A stretch of DNA of 13,735 bases from Armatimonadota bacterium (lineage in GTDB: Bacteria > Armatimonadota > UBA10988): contig JACRKZ010000152.1 of assembly GCA_016235455.1 (NCBI GenBank), forward strand, positions 1-13,735, read 5' to 3'. The position numbers and the translations under genes are program-made. Positions within the stretch are counted from its first letter, which is position 1. Each line of letters begins with the position of its first letter. The notes beneath the pieces are model-generated. The model was not told the DNA's origin. It did no database searches and saw only the letters and a program-made list of their open reading frames with translations. Below are positions 1 through 7,303 of the stretch, piece after piece.

Positions 1-930
1 AAGATGGCCTGGGTCAACCACAACCACGCCATGGAAGGCATCGTCCACGAGCGCGACGGCCAGGGCCACACCGACGCCTGGGGCGTGCGCTGGGTGCGCG
101 AGGGTGGGTTCAACCAGATTGCGCACTTCCCCCTGGAGGCGGCCACGCGCGACGAGGTGCTGAGCTACGAGTTCCCCTTCGCCGAGACCGAGCCGCTGCT
201 GGCCAACATGGTGCCGCTGCTCGACCGCCCCGATGAGTTCTTTGTGGGTTGCGACGTCTCGCCGTGTGTGTTCGAGATGGCCTGGCGGCTGACCGGCATG
301 GAGCGCACGCTCTCGGCCATGGCCGGCGACCGCGAGCTGGCGGAGTCGCTGTTCACCCGCTGCGCCGACTTCGCCGTGGCGCTGAGCGAAGCCGCCTGCA
401 GCCGCTTCGCCTTGGACTGGCTGTGGGCCGGCGACGATGTGGCGGGCCAGGAGTGTTTGCTGATGAGCCCGACCACGTGGCGCGCGCTCATCCGTCCCCA
501 GCTCCAGCGCGTGTTCGATGTGGGCCGGGTGCACGGCCTGCCTGTGGCCTACCACTGCTGCGGAGCGCTGCGGCCGATCATCGGCGATCTGGTGGAGATG
601 GGGCTCAATGTGCTCAACCCGGTGCAGTGCAACTGCCCCGGCATGGACCCGCTGGCGCTCAAGCGCGAGTTCGGCGAGCACCTGACCTTCATGGGCGGTG
701 TCGACACCCAGGAACTGCTGCCGCGCGGCAGTGTCGACGACGTACGCCGCGCCACGCGCGCGCTGCTCGACGGCATGACAGCCGACGGCGGCGGGTACAT
801 CCTGGCCGCCTCGCACACCATCCCGCCGGAGACGCCGGTGGACAACGTGTTTGCCATGTATGCCGAGGCCGGGCTGAGCCGGGAGATGATCCTGGACCGG
901 GCGGCGGCGCTGCGGCGCGCGCGGCGGTAG
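1..930 (+). CDS. Uroporphyrinogen decarboxylase-like / MtaA-CmuA methyltransferase-like TIM-barrel protein (probably 5'-truncated by the window edge)
   Basis: The frame is open from base 1 (AAG ATG...) to TAG at 928-930 with strongly GC3-biased codons. Family motifs include TDAWGVRW, GDDVAGQ..LLMSPTTWR, YHCCG, GLNVLNPVQ, LTFMGGVDTQELL..GS and GGGYILAASHTIP.ETP.DN. The usual N-terminal segment is absent, so the real start is probably upstream. It does not look like canonical HemE. Confidence 0.9.
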   Translation, partial: KMAWVNHNHAMEGIVHERDGQGHTDAWGVRWVREGGFNQIAHFPLEAATRDEVLSYEFPFAETEPLLANMVPLLDRPDEFFVGCDVSPCVFEMAWRLTGMERTLSAMAGDRELAESLFTRCADFAVALSEAACSRFALDWLWAGDDVAGQECLLMSPTTWRALIRPQLQRVFDVGRVHGLPVAYHCCGALRPIIGDLVEMGLNVLNPVQCNCPGMDPLALKREFGEHLTFMGGVDTQELLPRGSVDDVRRATRALLDGMTADGGGYILAASHTIPPETPVDNVFAMYAEAGLSREMILDRAAALRRARR

Positions 931-942
931 TGTGTGCGGAGG

Positions 943-1014
943 GTTCCGGCATAAACGGTGTCAGGGACCGTTTTCGGGTAGGAAAACGGTCCCTGACACC
1001 GTTTATGCCGGAAC
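943..1014. repeat. Perfect 33-bp inverted repeat with a 6-nt spacer; REP-doublet/REPIN-like palindrome between convergent genes
   Basis: 943-975 GTTCCGGCATAAACGGTGTCAGGGACCGTTTTC is the exact reverse complement of 982-1014, and the spacer is GGGTAG. Each arm holds its own hairpin (AAACGGT-7 nt-ACCGTTT at 953-973 and 984-1004). Confidence 0.85.
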
Positions 1015-1084
1015 GCGCCAGCTGGTTGCCCGCTTCGTCACACGTCGTGGCGATGGTGCCCCGCGCGTCGGTCATGGCCTGAGT
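1013..1084 (-). pseudogene. Possible relic of a single YD/RHS repeat
   Basis: The minus strand translates as *TQAMTDARGTIATTCDEAGNQLAR, matching the YD-repeat pattern TDxxGxxxxxYDxxGNxL with TGT (Cys) at the Tyr position. It is bounded by an upstream stop and by the palindrome. The match is short and was made by eye. Confidence 0.3.
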
Positions 1085-1165
1085 CTACTCGACGGCGAGC
1101 CCAGCCGAAAGGGCGGTTGGCGTGGCTTGGCCGCTGGCTGGGATGGGTGGCGACCGCTTTGGTCG

Positions 1166-2170
1166 CTAGTCGGTCTTCATCCGTCCGTCCCAGTGCCCGC
1201 CGGCGGTCGTCGCGAGGTGGAATGAGCCTACCTGCTTGCCGGACTCGGTGTCGATCACCGCGATCAGGTTCGCCTCGCGACAAGCCACGTACAGCCGCTT
1301 CCGTTGCCCATTGATGCCGAGGCCGACGGGTGTCTGGAAAGGTCTGAGGGCGGTCTCGGCCCGGCGCGTGGCGAGGTCCAGGGGCACGACGGTCCCGCCG
1401 CGAAGGGCCGACACGTAGACCTTCTTGGCCTCTGCGTCCAGCGCCACGCCGATGGCGTAGGCGCCAGCGGACGCTCGGCCCAGCACGGTGCCCGCCTGGC
1501 CGTCGATGAAGTAGGCCTGGCCGTCTTGCGCGCAGGCCACGACCACGGTGTGGGTGGCCGAGTCCACGGTCAGTCCGAACGGCTCGCCGCCTACCGCGAC
1601 ATAGCCCAGGTAGGTGTTGGCCGCGCCGTCGATGATCGACACCGCCCGGCCGTCTCGAATCGCCACAAACACACGGTTGATGTCGGGATCGACGCCAACC
1701 CCCGTCGGCGTCTTGCCAACCGGAAGGCTGGTGAGCAGCGCGTTGCTCTCACCATCCAACACACAGAGGACGTTCTCGTCCATGCAGGATACAAAGATGC
1801 GATTGGTCTTCTCATTGACGGCCACGCCGTGGGCGCCGCGGCCGACTTTGACCTGGCCGACCACCTCATCCTTGGCGCCATCGATCACCAGCACTGCTGG
1901 GACCATTGCGCAAGCCACGTAGACGCGGTTGGTCTGCTCGTTGATGGCCACTTGCTCGGGCCGCGAGCCGACCTTGACGTTGGCCACCACCTGGTCCTGG
2001 TTGGTGTCCACAACGAGGACGGTGTTGGTGCCGGCGGCGGCGATGTAGAGCTTGCCCGTCGTGCGGTTCATCGCCGACCAGTGCGGCAGGCGACACTCGC
2101 CGAATGTGGTCTGGCCGAAGATCGCCGAAACTGCCAGCAGGCTGGTCAGCAGCAGATGGATGCGCATCAT
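1166..2170 (-). CDS. Secreted YVTN/YncE-family seven-bladed beta-propeller protein (334 aa)
   Basis: Start trimmed to ATG 2170, which has a GGAG SD just upstream and begins a signal-peptide-like MMRIHLLLTSLLAVSAIFG. There are seven ~42-aa repeats of the type VGxxPxxVAxNxxTNRVYVAxxxxxxVxVID. Stop TAG at 1168-1166. Confidence 0.9.
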   Translation of the reverse strand: MMRIHLLLTSLLAVSAIFGQTTFGECRLPHWSAMNRTTGKLYIAAAGTNTVLVVDTNQDQVVANVKVGSRPEQVAINEQTNRVYVACAMVPAVLVIDGAKDEVVGQVKVGRGAHGVAVNEKTNRIFVSCMDENVLCVLDGESNALLTSLPVGKTPTGVGVDPDINRVFVAIRDGRAVSIIDGAANTYLGYVAVGGEPFGLTVDSATHTVVVACAQDGQAYFIDGQAGTVLGRASAGAYAIGVALDAEAKKVYVSALRGGTVVPLDLATRRAETALRPFQTPVGLGINGQRKRLYVACREANLIAVIDTESGKQVGSFHLATTAGGHWDGRMKTD

Positions 2171-2250
2171 CGACGCTCCGAGCGGACCTGGTCGGCGTGC
2201 CTGGAAGCCGCCGCCCATGGTGCCACGGATCGAATCTAGCGCGTCTGTGG

Positions 2251-2323
2251 CGGCAATGCCACTCACCGGCGAGTGGCATTGCCGGGGGCGCAACCCGTTC
2301 CCGCCGGTACCGGGTTGCGCCCC
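2251..2323 (-). terminator. Two directly adjacent GC-rich hairpins downstream of the isomerase-like gene; probable terminator or mRNA 3' stabiliser
   Basis: Perfect 14-bp stem 2251-2264/2271-2284 (CGGCAATGCCACTC) and perfect 13-bp stem 2285-2297/2311-2323 (GGGGCGCAACCCG), starting 15 nt after the TAG at 2341-2339. There is no U-tract. Confidence 0.55.
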
Positions 2324-2338
2324 TGCCTCAGCCCCGGC

Positions 2339-3238
2339 CTAAGCCAGCGCTTCCTTACAGAACTGCACGCACTTGGCGACTTCCTTGACCGGGTCAGAGT
2401 CCTTGGGGACGCTGTACTCCAGCTCGACATCGCTCGGGAAGGTCCACTTCTCCTTGCGGATCAGCTGGAGGATCTCCTTGATGGGCGTGGTGCCCTGGCC
2501 CCAGGGCAGGTTGCCGCCGTCGCCGTTGCGGTCCTTGAGGTGCAGGCTGACGATGCGGTCATGGTACTTCTCGATGACCGGGATCGGCGACTTGCCCTTG
2601 GTGCCCGCCACATAATGGCCGACATCGAAGTTGAAGCCGACATACTCGCCGCATTCGAGGATGGGGTCGGGCTTGTCCATCACCGGGTAGTTGGCCGTGT
2701 GGTTGTGGAAGGCCAGCCAGATCTTGTGCTTGTCGGCGAACGGGCCGACGCGCTTGGCCAGGTTCTCGTCGCGCTCGGTGGTCAGGCCGACGGCGCCCAA
2801 CGCCTTGGCCACCAGGAAGCTGAAGTCGATTTCTTCGTCGGAGCCGCCGACGCCCATCTTGTGCAGGTGGATGTTGACGCCCGCGTCGTTGAAGATCTTG
2901 CGCAGCTCGCGGCACTTGGCCAGCCGCTCTTCGCGCTGTGCGTCGGTGGGCTTGCCGCCGGTGATGCCGGCGAACCCCTGGATCGGGCCGCCCATCAGCT
3001 CGCACTCGCTCAGGCCGCCGGCCACCAAGGCTTTCAGCGTCTCATCGGCGGTGTTGGCGAAACCGCGGTAGCTGTAGGTGATGGTGCCGATGCGCACGCC
3101 GCCGAAGTCCGAGTTGGGCTTGGGGGCATCGGCCGCCGCAGCCAGCCGCGGCAGGGCCAGGCCGGCCGCCAGGGCCGTCGCGCCGCCGATGAACCCGCGG
3201 CGAGTGATGGAGTCGTGAGTGCTCGATGGTCTCTGCAT
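2339..3238 (-). CDS. Tat-exported sugar phosphate isomerase/epimerase-family (xylose-isomerase-like/AP_endonuc_2 TIM barrel) protein, 299 aa
   Basis: Start trimmed to ATG 3238, preceded by SD GAGGA. Twin-arginine signal ITRRGFIGGATALAAGLAL..AAA. Motifs IGTITYSYR, AFHNH, FDVGH, SLHLKD, PWGQG and VELEY. Confidence 0.92.
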   Translation of the reverse strand: MQRPSSTHDSITRRGFIGGATALAAGLALPRLAAAADAPKPNSDFGGVRIGTITYSYRGFANTADETLKALVAGGLSECELMGGPIQGFAGITGGKPTDAQREERLAKCRELRKIFNDAGVNIHLHKMGVGGSDEEIDFSFLVAKALGAVGLTTERDENLAKRVGPFADKHKIWLAFHNHTANYPVMDKPDPILECGEYVGFNFDVGHYVAGTKGKSPIPVIEKYHDRIVSLHLKDRNGDGGNLPWGQGTTPIKEILQLIRKEKWTFPSDVELEYSVPKDSDPVKEVAKCVQFCKEALA

Positions 3239-3293
3239 GTGTGCTTCCTCGGGCGGGTCGGCGCGTTGGTGTCGCGGTGTCCCGCCGTTCATC

Positions 3294-3301
3294 AGTATAG
3301 T
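3294..3301. promoter_or_regulatory. Overlapping divergent -10-like hexamers (TATAGT on +, TATACT on -)
   Basis: AGTATAGT is the most AT-rich patch in the 160-bp divergent intergenic region. TATAGT is at 3296-3301 (+) and TATACT at 3299-3294 (-). No good -35 is correctly spaced on either strand. Confidence 0.4.
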
Positions 3302-3398
3302 ACGCTGGACGGCGTCGGTTCCTGTCACCCGGGGCGCCGGTCTGGCCGGCGGTGGTCGCCCGGAAGGGCTGATCGCCGTGCACGGCGAATGGCGCCGC

Positions 3399-6300
3399 AT
3401 GAAAGCCCTGCTGTACCTGCTGATGTCCCTCGCCGCCGCCGCCGCGGCACCGGTGAGCCTGTCGGGCTACGGCCAGGTGAGCGCCACGCGTGCCGGCGAT
3501 CATCTGGCCTTCGCCTGTCAGGACGAGGCCCATGCCGACCGGCTGCTGAGCAAGCTGCGCGCCGACCTGACCTGGGACGCCTCGCTCGGCGTCAAGGCTG
3601 CGGCCGGCGGCGGGCTGAGCCTGCCCGGCGGCGGCACGCTGGTCCTCGCGCGGCGCGGCAGCACGGTCTATGCACTGGGCTCGGCGGCGGAGCTGGGGCG
3701 GCTCGGGCTGGGCGGGCGCGACACCGCGTATGTGGCCAGGCAGCGCCATCCGCTGTCCATGGACTTCTTCGATCTGCGCGCGGTGAGCGTCTACTACCTG
3801 CCGATGAACGTGCGCGACATGGCCACTGGCTGGCAGCGCTATGGCCGTGAGCAACTGGCCAGCCTGCCCGACTTCTTCGCCCGGTTCGGGTTTGGCTACA
3901 GCATGTTCCAGCCGTACTTTGGTGGTGACGAGGTGGTCGAGGGCGCGCCGCACCACTTCCCCGTGGACTACTGCATCAAGCAGGCGACGGACCGCGACAT
4001 GGTGGTGATGGCGCATTTCGGTCAGTATTGGGCGCCATGGTGGCTGCGCAACCGCTATCCGGCCGACATGGTCGGCTGGGATCCGCTGGCGCTGACCGGC
4101 TGGGGCGGCATCGAAGCCATGGCTGGGTCCCACCTGAGCAACTTCGCCTCGCCCCAGGCCACGGCGCCGGCCCGGCGGTTCGCCGCCGACGCGCTGGACC
4201 GCCTGCACGCCGCTGCCGGCGACCGGCTGGGCTGCATCCGGCCCGTAGGTGGTGGGCATCCCGGTGACGAGATGGGCATGCACCATCAGAGCACCGAGTT
4301 CATGGACTACGACGAGGCCGGCCAGGCCGCCTTCCGCCGCTGGCTGCGCGACGTCCGCGGGCTCGACCTGCCGGCGCTGGGCCGGCGCTGGCATGGCGAC
4401 CCGGCGCACTACCAGGCCTGGTCGGAAGTGCGCCTGCCCAGCAACTACGAGTTCTTCGGCGCGTTCGACGCGACGTCGCTCGACCTGCGCGCCGACTGGC
4501 TCTGGCGGCCCGACAACGCCGCCGCCGAGGACGAGGGCTGGCCGCGGGTCGACTACGCTCCCGGCGACGAATGGACGCCCACCGACCTGGCGCCGTCGCA
4601 GCGGCAACTGCTGCTGTTTGGCTCGCTGCGCGACAAGGAACTGCGCCAGGGCAGCGGCACCGTGGCCTGGTTCCGCCGCAGCTTCGACGCGACCACCTGG
4701 CTGGCGGCCAAGCCTGGCGCGCCGGCCTATCTGGTGGCGCAGGTGGGCGACAATGCCACGCAGCCGGTGGAAGTGTGGCTGAACGACAGCTACCTGGGGC
4801 TGATCAAGCCCAAGACCGTGTGGTGCGGGCCGATCGCCTTCAATGCCACGACGCTGCTGCGGCCGGGCCGCAACGTGCTGTGCCTCAAGGTGCGTAGCGG
4901 GCTCATTCGCGGTCCGGTGTTCCTCACGCGCGCAGAGCCGAAGCGCTACCCGTACCTGGGCGAGCAGGCCAACGCACGCTATGTCGACCTGCGCGACTGG
5001 GAGGCGGCCAAGCTGATCTCGGGGTGGCGTGGCGAGGCAACGTTCGTGCGGCAGCGCGAGCCCGATGTGCCGCTCATGTTCACGCCCGGCGGCTGCCGCG
5101 AATACTGGGACCAGTTCCTGGGCCTCAAGCGCGACCTGGGCATCAACGCGCTGCATTTCACCGGCGGCGGCTCGTCGTACATGCCGTGGTGGTCGGGCCT
5201 GGGCTATGTGTGGGGCGCCTACGCCACCAGTGAAGAGGGTGGCACCATCCGCGAGCCCGAGGGCCTCAGCCGCGAGTTGGCCTGGATGTTGCTCGACGCC
5301 CAAGGGCATCACAACTACTACTACGACGCGCTCGATTGCCGCCGCATCGAGGAGGCGACCCATTGGTTCAGCCAGAACACGCGGCTGCTGGAACTGCTGG
5401 GCAAGGCCAACTGGGCCAAGCCGCCCATTGCTGTGTTGCGCGCGGCGCGCAGCGACAACTACTTCCCGCAGTCGGCGCTGGCCGATGACTGGGACATCGG
5501 CCGCAGCAGCCTGCAGGCGGTGCACTATCAGAACGTCTACGTCACCGAGGCCGAACTGGCCGCGGGCCTGGCCAACGACTACCCGCTGCTGTTCGATGCC
5601 GGCACGATGGTCTTCGACGACGCCATGGTCACCGCGCTGGAACGCTACGTGCGCGCCGGCGGCACGTTTGTGGCCACCAACGTCACCGGCCGACACAGCC
5701 TGACCAGGCCCGACACCTGGCCTATCGAGCGGCTCAGCGGCTTCAGGGTGCTGGGCGAGCGCGACAACATGCACGTCACCGTGCTCCCCGACAACCCGCT
5801 GCTGCCTAAGCTGGGCGGGCTGACCTTCAATGGGAACGGCATCGCGGTCAACTGGATGGGCGTCAACCATCTGGCCGACGGCGCGGTGGCGTTGCGGGCG
5901 GCCGACGGTGACGGCGCGGTGCTGGCGCGCTGGGAGGATGGCAGCGCGGCGGTGGGCCTGAGGCGGCTGGGCCGAGGCCGGGTCATCGTGCTCGGTTCGT
6001 CGTTCTGGCGCAGCATGTCCGACCGCGCGGGCAACGGCGTGTCGCTCAACGGTAGCGTGCAGACGCGGTTCCTGGACGACCTGTTCGCCGCCGTCGGTCT
6101 GCATCGCCAGGCCGATATCGACAGCGACGATGTCTGGACCCGGCGGCTGATCACCAAGAATGGGCTGGAAGACTGGGTCATGGCCTTCAACGCCGGGCGC
6201 GGCCTGGCCAAGGGCCGGACCCTGAGCTTCCCGGTCTCGCCGCGGCCCGAGCAGGTGCGCGACGTGGTCAGCGGCGAGAGCGTGCCGTTCACCTGGGCCG

Positions 6301-7301
6301 ATGGCGCCGTGCGCATCAGCGGGCTGGACTTGGCGGCCAACAGCGTGCGCGTGTTCGGCGTGCGGCGCGGCAACGCGCTGGAGGCCGTGGCCCACTGGTT
6401 CGCCGAGAAGCAGCGCTACGAGACGCGGCCCACGCTGCCGCCTCCACCGCCGCCGTCGCGACCGGCACCAGCGCCAACCACCGTGGCCTTCGAGCGCTTC
6501 CGCTTCCGCCCGGCCGAGGCTGGCGCGAGGACCGCGCTGGGCTGGCTGACCGAGCCGATCGCCGTTTGGAAGGAGGTCGGTTACGGCTTCTGGGACGAGC
6601 AGGGCTTCCCGGCCAAGGGCGTCGGGCTGTACCGCGCGTCGTTCCGCGCGCCGTCGGCCTGGCGCGGTCGGCGGGTCATGCTGGCTTGCGCCTCGTGGGA
6701 CTACCCGGTGTTCCTGGAGCGGGCCACGTTCTATGTGAACGGTAAGCCGGTGGGCGACTACCTGGGCCATCCATGGGCCAACTTCGACGTGCTGGACATC
6801 AGCGCGGCCCTGCGAGACGGCGACAACGAGCTGGCGGTGCTGGCCGAGGCGACCGAGGGTCGCGGCGGCTGCATCGGCCAGTTGGCGGCCTATGCGCTGG
6901 ACAACCTGGACGACGCGCGCGAGCTGACGGCCGGCTGGCAGGTCTATCGCGACAATCAGCACGCGGCGCCGGCCAGCCTGCCGCTCGACGCCACGGGCCG
7001 CTTCGCCGGCGTCGATGTCGATGTGCCGGCGAGTTGGCAGGGCCGCAACCCGCTGCTGGAGTTCGAGGTGGGCGACCGCTGGGTCAGCCTGATCATGGTC
7101 AATGGTCGCGCCATCGGCTACAACGCGTTCCTGCATCCCTTCGCCGGCACCATGCAGGTCAGCCTCTACCCGTACCTGAAGGCGGGCCAGATCAACCGCA
7201 TCGAGCTGTGGGGCCGCTCGCCGAGCACCGCGCAGCAGCGGATGGTGGTGCGGCGGGCGCGGCTGGGCACGCTGCCGCTGGCGCCGTCCGGGGAGCGCTG
7301 A
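3399..7301 (+). CDS. Secreted multidomain GH42-like (beta-galactosidase-type) glycoside hydrolase with trimerisation domain and galactose-binding-like beta-sandwiches, 1300 aa
   Basis: Start trimmed to ATG 3399, giving signal peptide MKALLYLLMSLAAAAAA. GH42-like segments are APWWLRNRYP and AFRRWLR..GLDLPALGRRW..Y.AWSEVRLP. The trimerisation/class I GAT-like segment is LANDYPLLF..ALERYVRAGGTFVA..GRGRVIVLG. GH2_N-like jelly rolls include VAWFRRSF..VWLND..LLRPGRNVL and GLYRASF..FYVNGKPVG..DISAALRDGDNEL. A Pro-rich linker lies at about 6430-6480. Confidence 0.85.
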   Translation: MKALLYLLMSLAAAAAAPVSLSGYGQVSATRAGDHLAFACQDEAHADRLLSKLRADLTWDASLGVKAAAGGGLSLPGGGTLVLARRGSTVYALGSAAELGRLGLGGRDTAYVARQRHPLSMDFFDLRAVSVYYLPMNVRDMATGWQRYGREQLASLPDFFARFGFGYSMFQPYFGGDEVVEGAPHHFPVDYCIKQATDRDMVVMAHFGQYWAPWWLRNRYPADMVGWDPLALTGWGGIEAMAGSHLSNFASPQATAPARRFAADALDRLHAAAGDRLGCIRPVGGGHPGDEMGMHHQSTEFMDYDEAGQAAFRRWLRDVRGLDLPALGRRWHGDPAHYQAWSEVRLPSNYEFFGAFDATSLDLRADWLWRPDNAAAEDEGWPRVDYAPGDEWTPTDLAPSQRQLLLFGSLRDKELRQGSGTVAWFRRSFDATTWLAAKPGAPAYLVAQVGDNATQPVEVWLNDSYLGLIKPKTVWCGPIAFNATTLLRPGRNVLCLKVRSGLIRGPVFLTRAEPKRYPYLGEQANARYVDLRDWEAAKLISGWRGEATFVRQREPDVPLMFTPGGCREYWDQFLGLKRDLGINALHFTGGGSSYMPWWSGLGYVWGAYATSEEGGTIREPEGLSRELAWMLLDAQGHHNYYYDALDCRRIEEATHWFSQNTRLLELLGKANWAKPPIAVLRAARSDNYFPQSALADDWDIGRSSLQAVHYQNVYVTEAELAAGLANDYPLLFDAGTMVFDDAMVTALERYVRAGGTFVATNVTGRHSLTRPDTWPIERLSGFRVLGERDNMHVTVLPDNPLLPKLGGLTFNGNGIAVNWMGVNHLADGAVALRAADGDGAVLARWEDGSAAVGLRRLGRGRVIVLGSSFWRSMSDRAGNGVSLNGSVQTRFLDDLFAAVGLHRQADIDSDDVWTRRLITKNGLEDWVMAFNAGRGLAKGRTLSFPVSPRPEQVRDVVSGESVPFTWADGAVRISGLDLAANSVRVFGVRRGNALEAVAHWFAEKQRYETRPTLPPPPPPSRPAPAPTTVAFERFRFRPAEAGARTALGWLTEPIAVWKEVGYGFWDEQGFPAKGVGLYRASFRAPSAWRGRRVMLACASWDYPVFLERATFYVNGKPVGDYLGHPWANFDVLDISAALRDGDNELAVLAEATEGRGGCIGQLAAYALDNLDDARELTAGWQVYRDNQHAAPASLPLDATGRFAGVDVDVPASWQGRNPLLEFEVGDRWVSLIMVNGRAIGYNAFLHPFAGTMQVSLYPYLKAGQINRIELWGRSPSTAQQRMVVRRARLGTLPLAPSGER

Positions 7302-7303
7302 CC

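Noticed and set aside
1-930. Assigning the symbol hemE
   Set aside because: The HCCG and GGVDTQ motifs belong to the URO-D-like/methyltransferase-related branch, and no heme biosynthesis genes are in the window.
943-1014. Palindrome as a CRISPR repeat or IS terminal inverted repeats
   Set aside because: There are only two inverted copies 6 nt apart, with no direct-repeat/spacer array, no cas or transposase gene and no clear target duplication.
1148-1168. Small hairpin GCGACC-GCTTT-GGTCGC at the propeller gene stop codon
   Set aside because: It has only a 6-bp core, overlaps the stop codon and lacks a U-tract, so it is too weak to call a terminator.
3219-3400. Apparent head-to-head overlap of the ORF-track versions of the isomerase and glycosidase
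   Set aside because: It disappears once starts are placed at the signal-peptide methionines (3238 and 3399).
2273-3850. 525-aa plus-strand ORF and other long overlapping ORFs (1304-2239, 8263-10146, 11479-12516, 12736-13680)
   Set aside because: They are antisense or off-frame to well-supported genes and have no domain signatures.
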